Assembly (NCBI GenBank): GCA_004431415.1
Contig: QPMI01000206.1
Span: 1-64,000 of the forward strand
DNA: 64,000 bases
Direction of reading: 5' to 3'
Source of the DNA: Cyanophora paradoxa CCMP329
Lineage: Eukaryota; Plantae; Glaucophyta
Positions within the stretch are counted from its first letter, which is position 1, and each line of letters begins with the position of its first letter. Both the position numbers and the translations under genes were made by a program. The notes beneath the pieces are model-generated. The model was not told where the DNA came from. It saw only the letters and a list, made by a program, of their open reading frames with translations, and did no database searches. Positions 30,901 through 42,290 of this stretch are shown in pieces.

Positions 30901-31689
30901 CGCCCCTCCTGCGGTGCGCGCCGCGTGCGCGCCGCGCCGGCCCTCCGGATCGGCGCCGACGGTCGAGCGGGGCGGGGCGCAGGCAGCTGGGCCCCTTCGT
31001 CGCGGCGCAGCCGGCCCTGGCCTCCCTCGCCCTCCGCGTCGAGTCCCCGGGGCGCCGCTCGCCCGCCGCCTGCGCCGACGAGAGCCGCGTGCGCCCCGCC
31101 TCCGCCGCCCCGAGCCTTCTATCCTTAGCTGCGCTGGCTCGAAGGCGCTGGAGGGGCTGCTGCGGGGGGCCGGCCGCCTGCTCCGTGCCTACCGGAGGAC
31201 CGGCCTCGCCCTCGCCGCCGCCGACGTGCGCTCCCGCCGATCTAAAAATTCTCTGACATGACCTGAGCTGCGGGCGGGCGTAGTACGGGGAGGCCCCCGC
31301 GGTCTGGGGCGAGCTAACTGCCCTCGCTGAGGCCTGCCCCGCCCTCCGCACCGTGCCCACCCCCGCCCGCCCCCGCCCGCTTCTGCGGTGCTGCTGGGGC
31401 TGAGCGCGGCTGGGCGCGCGCGGCAGGTCTCGCTGGGGGCGGACGTGCGGGGCCCGCTCTCCCCCGCCGACCTGGCGCCCCTCGCCGCTCTCCAGCACCC
31501 CGCCCCGCCGGCCCCGCCCCGCGACCTCGAGCTCGTGCGCCGCGCCCCGCCCTTGCCCTCGCCCTCGCGGCGGGGCCGGGGCTGATCGGGGCGCGGCAGG
31601 TGGTGGAGGAGGGGGCCGCGGGGCTGGCGGCGGCGCGGGCGGCCCTCCCCCGCTGGCGCCTCCGCCTCGTCCCCCAGCAGCGCTTTTAG
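27958..31689 (+). CDS. Host F-box / LRR-like protein, multi-exon (5' end upstream, unresolved)
   Basis: LGSPLARLPDELLLRVLHALGARDAWL F-box; later Leu-rich exons (RNLTELDLKEPLW, LEALLVG); stop after RWRLRLVPQQRF. Confidence 0.6.
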
Positions 31690-32400
31690 GCGCCGGCCCC
31701 CCGCACCGGAGCTCGCCGAGTCGGGCTAGGCCCGCTAGGGCAATATTTACAATGTAATCTTGCCGACACATGAGCGCGCGCGCGCGCGTGAGCTCGAGCT
31801 CGATCGCGAGCCGTGCACGTGGCCGCGCGATTCTGATTGCCCGCGAATTCGAAGGGAGCTCGAGGGCTCCGGCCGGCGCCAGCTGCAGCTGCAGCTGCAG
31901 CTGCAGGGATCGACGGGTCGACGTCACCGGTACCGGATCGCGATCGGAGGCCCTGAGGGCCTGGCTGAGGCGCCGGCTTGCAATCGTGAGGCTTGCAAGT
32001 TGTACGTATACATGATGTATGTTGTATACGTACAAGTTGTGCTCCGCCGGGACCTGCATGCGCAGCGCGCGCTGGCCAGTGGCCATACAGCTAGCACCGC
32101 CGGCGCTAGCGCTGCGTATGCGTCGCTGGCCCACTTGGCGGCTAGCCGGCGGCTAGCGGCTAGCCGGTCCGGTCTTTGGGGTACGGCAGTGGCTCTTGAC
32201 AGTACTAGTAGCCCCGATCCCATCGCCCGCGGCCGTCAGCAGCCGGCGAGTCGCTCTGATCCGCCCTTGTTAGCTTGCATGCGAGCACTACTAGCTACGT
32301 GACGTGCCACGGTGCGCTCCTTCGAATTCAAACGTGCGTACGTCGCGTCCGCGCCTCGCTGACCCGTCTTGCTCGGCCAGCGAGCGATAGCGCGGACAAC

Positions 32401-33453
32401 ATGCAGGGCTGGAGCCCGTCTACGGGACGGCTCAACCTCTCGTCGAGGAATTTGACCGAATGGCCACAACTCGAGATTGAGCGAGTCGGCCCCGCCAATA
32501 TCCGATGCCTCGACCTGCAAAGCAATCGCCTTTCTTCCATCCCGGGATACCTGCTGGCGAAGCTCGTGGGCCTCCAGGGGCTGATCCTTCGGGGCAACCA
32601 GCTAAAGGCGCTGCCTCCAGAGATCGGAAGCCTCAAGGCCCTGCGCGAGCTTCACGTCGATGCCAACGCTCTGACCTCGCTGCCGCGTGAAATCGGCCGT
32701 CTCTCCCGTCTCGAAGAGCTCTCAGCGAACAGCAACAAGCTGAAGACGATTCCGCGCGAGATAGCGGGTTGTCAGTCCCTGCAGCAGCTGGATCTGGACT
32801 GCAACCAGCTCACGGCCCTGCCGCCGGAGCTGGCGCAGTGCATGCAGCTCCAAGAAGTGTGCGTGCGCGAGAACCAGCTCACGCGAGTGCCCCCCGGGCT
32901 CCCCCTGGAGCTGGAGGGGAACCCGCTGGGAGGCGCCGGCGGCGGCGGGCGGGGCGGCGGCCGCAGCCGCGGGCGCGGCTCGCGCGGCGGCCGGGGCGCC
33001 GCCCGTGGCGCTGCGGCGGACGGCGGGCGCGGCTCGACCTCGCGCGGCGGCGGCCGTGAGCGCGGGCGCGGCGGGAAGCGCCGGGCGGCCGCAGCCGGCG
33101 AGGAGGAGGGCGAGGATGAGCCGACCGCGAAACAGTCGCGCCTCCCCTCCGCGGGCCAGAAGGCCGTCGGTGCCTCTCCAGCAAGCTCCAGCGCCTGGCC
33201 TTCCGGCCTCCCCGAGATCCTGCCCCTCCCCGGCGCGCCGCCCCCGCAGCCGCAGCCCCAGCCGCAGCCCCAGCCGCAGCCGGTCTACGCGGGGCCGGCA
33301 TCCCAGGCGGTCTCCCCCGCCTCCCTCTTCGCCCACTTCACCCCAGAGCAGCTCGCCTTCGCCGCCCAGTTCCCGTTCCTCACCTACGAAGCCCGGGCGG
33401 CCCTCCACCAGCACCTCCTCCAGATGCAGATGGCCCAGCAGGGCTACGTGTAA
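32401..33453 (+). CDS. Leucine-rich repeat protein with RGG-rich and PQ-rich tail (intronless)
   Basis: About six LxxLxLxxNxLxxLPxEI repeats in one uninterrupted ORF. Confidence 0.9.
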   Translation: MQGWSPSTGRLNLSSRNLTEWPQLEIERVGPANIRCLDLQSNRLSSIPGYLLAKLVGLQGLILRGNQLKALPPEIGSLKALRELHVDANALTSLPREIGRLSRLEELSANSNKLKTIPREIAGCQSLQQLDLDCNQLTALPPELAQCMQLQEVCVRENQLTRVPPGLPLELEGNPLGGAGGGGRGGGRSRGRGSRGGRGAARGAAADGGRGSTSRGGGRERGRGGKRRAAAAGEEEGEDEPTAKQSRLPSAGQKAVGASPASSSAWPSGLPEILPLPGAPPPQPQPQPQPQPQPVYAGPASQAVSPASLFAHFTPEQLAFAAQFPFLTYEARAALHQHLLQMQMAQQGYV

Positions 33454-34059
33454 GTCGCCCGATACCGGGAGCCCTCCTCTCCTGTCCTAGAGAGCGGGCT
33501 CGTTGCTAGCTCACTAGGAGACAGACTTGAGCTTATTAAACGTCTCAAGCGATCTTAAGAGCGGATCGGCCTCGCCCTCTCCGCCGCCGCCGTGCGCCCC
33601 TCTGATCCAGGGCTTCGCAGAGCTCGCCCCGGCTTCTGACCTGCGGCGAGGAGTGCGGGGAGGCTCCCTCGCCGACGCCCGCCCCGCCCTTCGCTCCGCG
33701 GGCACCCCTGCCAGCAGCGCCCCCCCCCCCCCCCCCCCCCCCCCCCCTTTTCTCTCGGCCCACGACCGCACCGTGCCCCTCCGCTTCGCCCCCCAGAAGC
33801 TAGCGCTTCTAGCCATATGCATAGGAATTTCGGAACGGCGGGTAGCTCAACTTTGCCCCCAACTGGCAAGCTTTTAACTTGGCAACTTTGGCCTCCAACT
33901 GGCAAGCTTTTTAAAAGCCATGGTCGAGGCCCATGGGCCAGGGCCCAGGGCCCAGGGCGCCGCGGCGCCGGCCCGGCCCACGCCGCCCGGCCTGGGCCAG
34001 CTGCAGGGGCCGGCACCGGGCCCGTCCGACGAGTCGGCGACGACGCGTACGCCATCTGC

Positions 34060-34415
34060 CGCAGTGCAGCTGCCAGCTGCAGCTAGCGCTGCAGTGCGCA
34101 TGCCGGCGCGGGCATGCACGTGCATGCAAGCCTTGCAAGGTGCACACGTACAGGCAGTCGCGCCTGCTGCGCATGCGCGCGCATGCCATATGAATCGATA
34201 TCGAAATGCCATGATGCGCATCATAGCGCTAGCGCATGCCGGGCCGGGCGCGCGATTTCCGCGAATTCGAAGTTCCAAAGTTCGAAGCTTAAGTTTCCAT
34301 TGACGTCGACGTCGACGTCGTCACTTTCCAGTGAACTTAGCGCAGCGTTATACGTATACTGAACTTATACATAGCTATGTGTGCTAGCTAGCGCTAGGCT
34401 GCCGCTAGCGCTGCG
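34060..34415. other. Palindrome-dense intergenic tract (similar tracts at 31730-32300 and 49860-50330)
   Basis: Back-to-back perfect 10-18-bp palindromes; coordinates are given in the findings. Confidence 0.85.
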
Positions 34416-34531
34416 TGCGGACGGTGCTGCAGCTGCTGCTGAATATTAATGGCACCGGAGTAGCACAATGCAACGCGGCGGACCACATAGCAGCAACAGC
34501 AGCGGTAGAAGCGCAGCAGTACGTCGCTGAA

Positions 34532-37500
34532 ATGAGTGTCGAGGTTGCTCCCATGGCCAGCGAGCTGAGATGGGCATTACCTTACGTGCCTGCGAGCTTG
34601 CTGGTACCCGGTCAACGCTCGGCCGCAGCTGCGACAGCTCAGCGAAGGGGCCAAGTCGGCTATCACCACATTTACGGGAGCCGCTCTCTTTGTCGATGGT
34701 GCTCCTTGCGGACCTCGCCTCGCCGCGCGCGGGCGCCGCGCGACGCGCTCACAGAGGTCGTTGAACGTTTCGCACCCTATCTTGCGCAGTGAGCGGCTTC
34801 AGCAGCTTGGCCCGCAGCCTGGCACACTCTGATGCTGAAAGCGCTGCGGACCAGGTGCGCATTCGCGGCTGCTGCGCGCGGTCCGCGGCCTGTCGCTAAC
34901 CGCTAACCCGCCCCGACGTGCACGTACGCGCGTGCGGCATGCGCAGCTGATGACCACGCTCAACGCCTACTTCCTCCAGCTTATGAGCCGCCTGCACGCG
35001 CGGGGCGCCGAGGTCAGTGCGGCCGGCTGCAGGCCCAGGCGTGCGCACGCGGGCCGCGGGGCGGACGCCAACCGGGCGGGACGCAGGTCCTCCTCTTTGC
35101 CGGGGATGCGGTGCGCCCTGCCGGGCGGCGCGCCGGCCGCTCTGCGGCGTGCCGCCTCTCTCCGCGGCGCGCGCGCGCGCGTGCGACGCGGCGGCGGGCG
35201 CAGGTGGTGGCCTTCATCGGGGCGGCCGCTGGCCGGACGCTGCGGGAGGCGGCGGCGCTGGCGGTCGAGGCGGCGCGCGACGTCCGGGCCATCGCCTTCG
35301 AGCGGAGCCGCCACCGCCTCACGGCGCACACCGGTGCGGCCGCGTTCGCCCCGGCGCCCGCCCTGTTCCAGAGCGAACGGAGAGCAGGGGTCGGGGCGGG
35401 CGAGCTGCACCTGTACCTCCTCCGCGGGAGCGCGCGCGCGGCCCAGGCCCTCTACGCAGGCGGCCTCATCGAGCAAGGTGCGCTCGGGCGGGCGCCCGCC
35501 GGCCGCTCGCAGGGCCGGCCGGCCGGCGCTGACGCGGGGCGCGGGGCGGGGCGGGCCGGCGCAGTGTGCGAGGCGCTGAGAGCGACGTCGGGGGACGAGA
35601 TTGTGCTCTCGGCGGAGGCCTACGCGCTGCTCCAGCCGGCCTGCCCCGCCCAGCGCCTGCCGCCGGCCGCCGCCGCCGCCAGCCGAGGCGACCTCTACCG
35701 CCTCGAGGCGCCCGCCGGCCGGCCCAGAGCCGGGCGCCGGCGCCAGCGGGCGAGGCGGGGCGTGCGGGTGCGGGGCGCCGCTGCGGGCGGAGGCGCGGGA
35801 GGCGGAGGCGGCGCTGGCGCCGTTCGCCGAGCAGCTGCTCCTTCTCGCCCCGCGTGCGCTCCGGCGGGGCGGGGCGGGGCGGGGGGGCGGGGCCCCGGCC
35901 GGCGGCGCTGACGCGGGGCGCGCGCAGCGGCGGCTGCGGGCGGCGCCGGGGCCGCTCTCCTCGCCCACGACATCCGCACCGTCTTCGCCGTCTTCGGTCC
36001 GCGCGCCCGCCGCCCCGGCCCCGGCCCCGGCCTGCCCGACGCGGCCGGCAGCGTCCTTCCCCGAGCTGGACGGGGCGGAGCAGCTGCCGGGGCCCGAGGC
36101 GGAGGCTCAGCAGCACGAGGCGGCCGCCACCGCACGCCACGCCGCCCGCTTCGGGCAGGTGCGCGCCCCGGCCGCGGCGCGCCGGCGCGCGCCCCGGGCC
36201 GCGGGGCCCGAGCGGCGCCCTCAGGTTGTGCGCTCGGTGCACCGCGTGGCGGAGGAGTTCGGCGGCTCCGTCAACAAGATCATGCTGGACGAGAAGGCAC
36301 GCGCGGCCGCCGGCCCTCCCCGCCCCCTCTACCCGGCTCAGCTGCGGGGCCCGGGGCGCAGGGGGCGTCGGCGATCATCGGGTTCGGGCTGCCGGGCGGC
36401 TTCGCGCACGAGGACGACGCGGAGCGCGCCGTGCGGGCCGCCCTCGCCCTCCAGACCTGGTTCCGCGAGAGCGCCGCCCCCTTCGCCTGCGGCGTGCGCC
36501 CCCGTCCCTCCGCCTGCCTCCCGTGTCCCGCGCCCACGCCGGCGGCAGATCGCGGCGGGGCGGACGTTCTGCGGGACCCTGGGGGCCCCCTGCCGCAAGG
36601 AGTATGCCCTGGTCCGTGCCCGCCGGTGGCCACTCTCTGCCTGCCGGCGCCCCTCATCTCTCCCGGCGCGCAGATCGGCGACTCGGTGGTCCGCGCCCGC
36701 GGGGGGCCACTCTCCGCCTGCCGCCGCGCCTCATCGCTTCCGGCGCGCAGATCCTGGCCGCGCGTCTGATGGGCAAGGCGCGGGAGGCGATCGGGGCGGG
36801 CGGGGAGGAGGGGGCGGCGCCGGGCGCCCCGCTGCAGGAGGTGCTGTGCGACCAGAGCATCGTCACGGGCGTCGCCGCCCGCGGGCGCTCCACGGTGCGG
36901 TCCCAGCCGAGCCGGCGGCCGCCCCCTGGCGCCAATCGGGCGCAGGCGGTGTCGTTCGAGGCGCTCCCGCCCGCGCTCCTTAAGGGCTTCCCGGAGGCTG
37001 TCCCCGTCTTCCGGCCCGGCCCGGGGCCGCTGGGGGCGAAGGAGGGCGTCCCCTCGCCCGTGCACTCGTCGCGGCGGCCCTCCGTGGCCAGCGACGGGGC
37101 GCGGGGCCTCGTCCCCGGCGCGGCCGCCCAGAGGCACCCCGCCGCCCTCGTCGGCCGGTGCGCGCGCGCGCCCCGGAGGCCCCCGCCGGCGCCCGCCGCC
37201 GCGTCGCGCGACGCCGCGGCAGGGACGTGGAGCTGCAGCGGGCGGCGGAGGCTGTGGAGGCGCTTGCGGCGCGCGGGCGGGGCTCGACGCTCGTGGTCGA
37301 GGCGGAGGCGGGCATGGGCAAGACGCGCCTGCTCCGCGAGGTCCGGCGCGCCTGCGCCGCCCGCGGCGTCCTCATCCTCTCCTCCGCCGCCTCCGCCGTC
37401 GAGGTCCGCCCCGCCGCGCCCCGCCCGCCCGGCCCGCGGCGAGCCCGAGCCGAGACCGAGCGCGGCACAGGAGGCGACGCCGCTGTGGGCGCTGCGCGGC

Positions 37501-40500
37501 CTGGTCGCCTCGGTGGCGGACGCGTCGAGCGAGGAGGCGCTGCGGGCCGACCTCGAGCGGCGGCGGCTCCTCGCCCCGCCCGACGCCTCGCTCCTCTGGG
37601 AGAACCTCTTCGCCGCCGGCGCGCAGGCGCCGGCGCTGGGGCCCCAGCCCGACACGAGTGGAGTGCTCGGGCGGAGCTCGTACCGGCAGATGGAGACGCG
37701 CACGGGCCGCTCGGCGGCCTTCGTCGGAGTCGGCCTCGTCACCCGCCTCGCCGCCGCCCTCGCCCGGTGCCCCCTGCCCTCCCCGCTTCGCCTCGTTCCC
37801 CCTCCTCGCCCTCACGCGCCGGCGCCGCCAGGCTCATCTGGGGCCTGGAGTGTTCGCGGGCGGGGGGGGCCGGCCGCGGGGGGCGCGGGGCGGAGGCGGC
37901 GGCGGGGCCGGCGCGCGTGTGCCTCCTGCTGGAGGACGCGCACTGGATGGACAGGTGCCTCCCCGCGGGGACCCTCGCCCTCGCCCTAGCGCGGCCCGAC
38001 GCTTCTTCCCCCGCGCAGCGTCTCCTGGTTCGTCGTCCGCTGCATCCGCGACTCGTGCCCGAGCCTCCTGGTGCGCCCCGGCTCCGGCTCCGCCCCGCCC
38101 CGTCCGGGCCGCCCACCGCCGGGCGCCAGCTGGTGATCACGGCGCGCCCGATGGCCGACCCGCCCCGCGACTACCTCCTCCTCTCCGGGCAGCTGGCGGA
38201 CCCCGCGGGCTCTCCGGCCGGCCCCCCCGGGGCCCTGCCCCGCGCCGCCGATCGCGACGCGCGCGCCGCCGAGCACGCCCTCGACTCTCCCAAGTCCGGC
38301 GCGAAGGCCGCCGCTGCGCGGCGCCTCTTCGAGTCGCCGCCGCCCCCTGCCGCCTCCGCAGCTCAGCTCGAACCGGATGGCTCCGTACCCGGCCACGGCG
38401 TGCGCCTCCCGCCGCTGCGGGCCCCGTCCAAGTGGCGCTCCTGCGCCTGGGCCCCATAAGCCGGGCGGCCGCCCGCGCCCTCCTCACGGTCCGCCCCCGT
38501 CCCGCCGGCCCCGCCCTGGCGCCGCCTCACGCCCCGCCCGCCCCCAGGGCCTCTCGAGCACGATGTCGCTGGCGTGGCCCCCGGTGCGCCCGCGCCCCGC
38601 CCGCCGTCCCCGCTCGCCCGAGCGCCCCGCAGGGCGCCGTCGATCGCGTCCTCGACAAGGCCGCCGGCGGTGCGCCGCCGCCCCGCGCGCCGCCTCCGCT
38701 GCCGCCCCGACGGGCCCCGCAGTGCCGCTGTTCCTCGTGGAGCTCTGCCGGCAGCACGCCGTCTCCGGGCCCTCCCGCCGGCGCCCCCGGCGAGGCCTTC
38801 CAAGTGCCGGAGACGGCGCGCCCGCCGCCCGCCGCTCGCGCGCCGCGCCCCGAGGCCGCCCGCTGACAGGCTCGCGGCGTGCGCAGATCCAGCAGATCGT
38901 GCTGGCGCGGGTGGATCGCCTGCCCTCCGAGGCGCAGGCCGTCCTCAAGCTGCTCGCCGTCGCCGGCTCCGACTTCAGCTGCGAGCAGGCCCTCGCCGCC
39001 GACCCCAGCGGCCTCGGCGCCCCCGCCGTCCGCCGCGCCTTCCGCACCCTCTGCCGCGCCGGCCTCATCGCCGTCCGCCCGCCCTCCCCCGCGCCCCGCC
39101 GACCCCCGCGCGCCGCGGCCGACGGGCGCCGCCGGCCGGGGCGCGCAGGAGGCGGGCGGCTCGGAGCGGGCGGGCTCGAGCGAGGGCGGGGCGGGGTGGA
39201 CGCCGACGAGGGGTCGGCGCGCAGCTTCGGCCCGTCGGACGAGGACGAGGACGAGGCCGGCGAGGGCGGGCCCGCGGCCTGGCCGGCCCCGCAGCAGCCC
39301 TTCTGCTTCCTTCACGCCCTCCTCCGGTGCCCCGCCGCCGGCCCCGCGCGCCGGGGCGCCCGGGGCCCGCCGCTCACGCGCCCGCGCAGGGACGCGGTGT
39401 ACGCGGCGACGCCGTCGGGGGTGCGCTGGGGGTGCACGCCCGCCTCGCCCGCTGGCTCGAGGACCGCCGCCCCGACGACTCCGCCGCCATCGCGTCCGCC
39501 CGCCCGCTTCGCTTTGCTTTGCTTCGCTTCGCCGAGGGCGCCGGCGCAGGCTGCACTGGCGCGCGGCGGGCGAGCACGAGCGCGGCCTGCCGCACCTCGA
39601 GCGGGCGGCGCGGGCGGCGTGGCGCGCCAACGCGCTGCGCGAGGCGCGCCGCCTCTTCGGCGAGCTCGCCGCCGCCATCGACGACCTCGAGCTCTGCGGC
39701 CCCGCCGCCTTCCCGCCCCTCCCCGCCGCGCTCCGGCCCCCGCCGCCACGCGGCCGGCCGCGTGGGGGCCCGACGGCGCTCCTCCGTCGCCCCGGCGCGG
39801 GGCGCGGCGGAGGTGGCGCGGTGGCGGGCGGCGCGGGCCGGCGCGCTGCGGTACATCGCGTTTGCGGAGAACTGGTCGGCCTCCTTCGCCGCCGCCGGAG
39901 AGGCGGCAGAGGCCTGCCTCCTCACCCTCGGCGAGCCCATGCCCCGCTCCCGCATCGGGCCCGCCGCCGCCCTCGGTCCGCCCCCCGCCCCGCCCCGCCC
40001 CGCCCAGCTCCGGGGGCCCCTCACGCGCGGCAGGGATCCTGCTCCGGGTGTGGCGGGCGGCGGGGCGGGTGGGGAAGGCGCCAAAGCGCGGCTCGCACTG
40101 GCTGCACGCGCCCGAGCACGGCGAGGCGCGGGAGGCGCTCCTGGAGGCGCTCCTCATCCTCGTGTGGACGGGCCTCTCCAGCGGCTCGTTCGGCGGCCGC
40201 GGCGGCTTCCCCTGGGTCGCCCTCGCCCTCGTCCGCGCCTACGAGCTCTCCGGTGAGGGCCTGGCTGCCTCGGCCCGCGTCGCGCCGCGCGCGCTGAAGT
40301 CCCGCGCAGAGGGGACCCCGGGCGAGCGCCTGGGCGTCGCCGACTGCCGGTGCGGCCCGCCTGTGCCGCCCGCCGTCGCCGTCGCCGCTGCCGTCGCCGG
40401 GCGGCGGCCTGATCGCGGGCGCCGCAGCGTGATGGCAAACTTCGCGAGCGTGCTGCACGCGATGGGCCTCCGCGAGCCCGCCGCCGCCCTCCTCGCCCAG

Positions 40501-41854
40501 GTCCCCCGCCCCGCCCCGCGCCCCCCTGCCGCGCGCGCGCCGCCCGAGCGCGCCGGGGCGGCAGTCGCGGGGCCTGGCGGAGGCGCTGAGGAGCGACGCG
40601 GCGCGGGCGGCGGTGGAGAACCACGCCGGCATGCAGCACTGCAACGCCGGCGACCTCGTCGAGGGCGCCCGCCGGTGCGCCCCCCGCCTCGCGCCCCGCT
40701 CAGCTGCGCGCGCGCGCCGCGCAATCGCGAGCGGCGGGGCCGGCGGGTTGGCAGGTACCGGGCGGCGGCGGGCTGGCGAGCCCGCAGCCGAACAACCACG
40801 AGCTGCTGGTGGCGGCCGCCGTGCTGCACGTCCTCACGGGGCGCCTCGCGGAGGCGGCGCGGTGCTCGGACGAGGCCGCCGTCTTCGCCTCCCGCCTCGG
40901 CGTCGACGCCTACGGCGCCGCCTTCAGCGCTGGCGTCGGCGCCATCGCCGCCGCCTTCGTCGGCCGCGACGAGGCCGCCGCCGCCCTCCTCCGCCAGTCC
41001 GACCGCGTGCGACCTCCCCCCGCCGCCGCCGCACCGGCCCGCCCTCGCCCCTCCGCTGAAGCCGCGGCCGGGCAGGGCCACGACTACCGTTGGTGGGCGG
41101 CGGAGACGCAGCGGGCGCTGCGGTGCCTGCTGGCGTGGCGCGCGGGGGACGTCGAGGCGGCCCTCGCGCACGCCGAGGCCTGCGCCGCCACATGGCGCGC
41201 CCAGAAGGCCACCTTCGCCTGGTTCGGCCTCGGTCCGCCCCCGGCCCTCCCGCGCCCCCTTCGCCCCCCGGCCCGCACCGACCGCGCCGCGCGCGCGCGC
41301 GCGCAGTGATGGCTGCCGTTGTGGTCGAGTTCAGCCTCTGGGCGCGGGCGCGGGCGCGGGAGCGGGCCGCCCTCACGGAAGGGCCCCGCCTCCTCTGCTG
41401 GCGGCGCGGCCCGCGGCGCGCCTCCGTGGCCCCACGGAGGGCGGCGAGGGCGGCGCCGCCGGCGGCTGGCCCTGGCCCCGCCCGAGGAGGCGGCGGGGCG
41501 CTGCGGCGGGCGGAGCGGCTCGCGGGGGCGTGCAGGCGCTGCTCGAGGAGTCGGGCCGGAGGCGGGTGCCCGCCCTCGCCCCTTCGTCGAGCTCGCCCGC
41601 GCCGAGCGGCCCGGGCTCGCCCCGCGCCCTCGCCTCGCCCGCCTGCGCGCCGCCGCGGACGGCTTCGCGCGCCTCGGCCTGCGCCCCTTCGAGATCGGGC
41701 ACGCCTCCGCCTCGCGCGGGCCGAGCGTGGCCCCGGAGCGGCCGCCGAGGCGCTCGCGGCGGCGCTGCGGCTCGAGGCGGAGACGGGCGTGCGGGTGGCG
41801 GCCCTGGGGCGCCCCGCCCCGCCCCCCGGCGTCTTCGAGACCATGTGGGTCTGA
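34532..41854 (+). CDS. ADCY10/soluble-AC-like protein: tandem class III cyclase domains, STAND P-loop NTPase, helical tail; many introns
   Basis: VLLAD/SGFS, LLFAGDA, GGSVNKIMLDEKG, FGLP...HEDDAERAVRAAL, GRTFCGTLG...RKEYALIGDSV; Walker A EAEAGMGKT, Walker B LLLEDAHWMD, PLFLVEL, ARVDRLP, HALLR. Confidence 0.85.
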
Positions 41855-42290
41855 CCCAGGCCCCGCCAGCGCGCCGCCCGGCCTCTGCCTCGGCCTTCCG
41901 CGCCGGAAGAGTACCGCCTCCGCCTCGGCCTCCGCGGCGCCATAGAAGGCGCCGGATTCAGACCCGAGTATTAACTGCATTTGACTCAGTGAGGAAATAT
42001 GCTGATTGCCTGTGCTCATGATCAGCTGGATGCTAGGCCTCTATGCTAGGTGCAAGCCGCTGAGCGCGCTATTTGTTTAGGCTACTGATGCAGCTGCATC
42101 ATGACCTCCTAAAGCTATTCGAATTCCATTCTATGTAATCTTTTCTAAGAACCAGCTGCAGATGCATTCAGAGATGCGCATGCACATATTAGAATTCTTG
42201 TGTTCTAATAACGGTGAAATCGAATTCTTAATGACTATAGCTAGCGCTCGCGATCGGCTCCGAAATCGTGAGTTCGAACTGGGATTAGGA

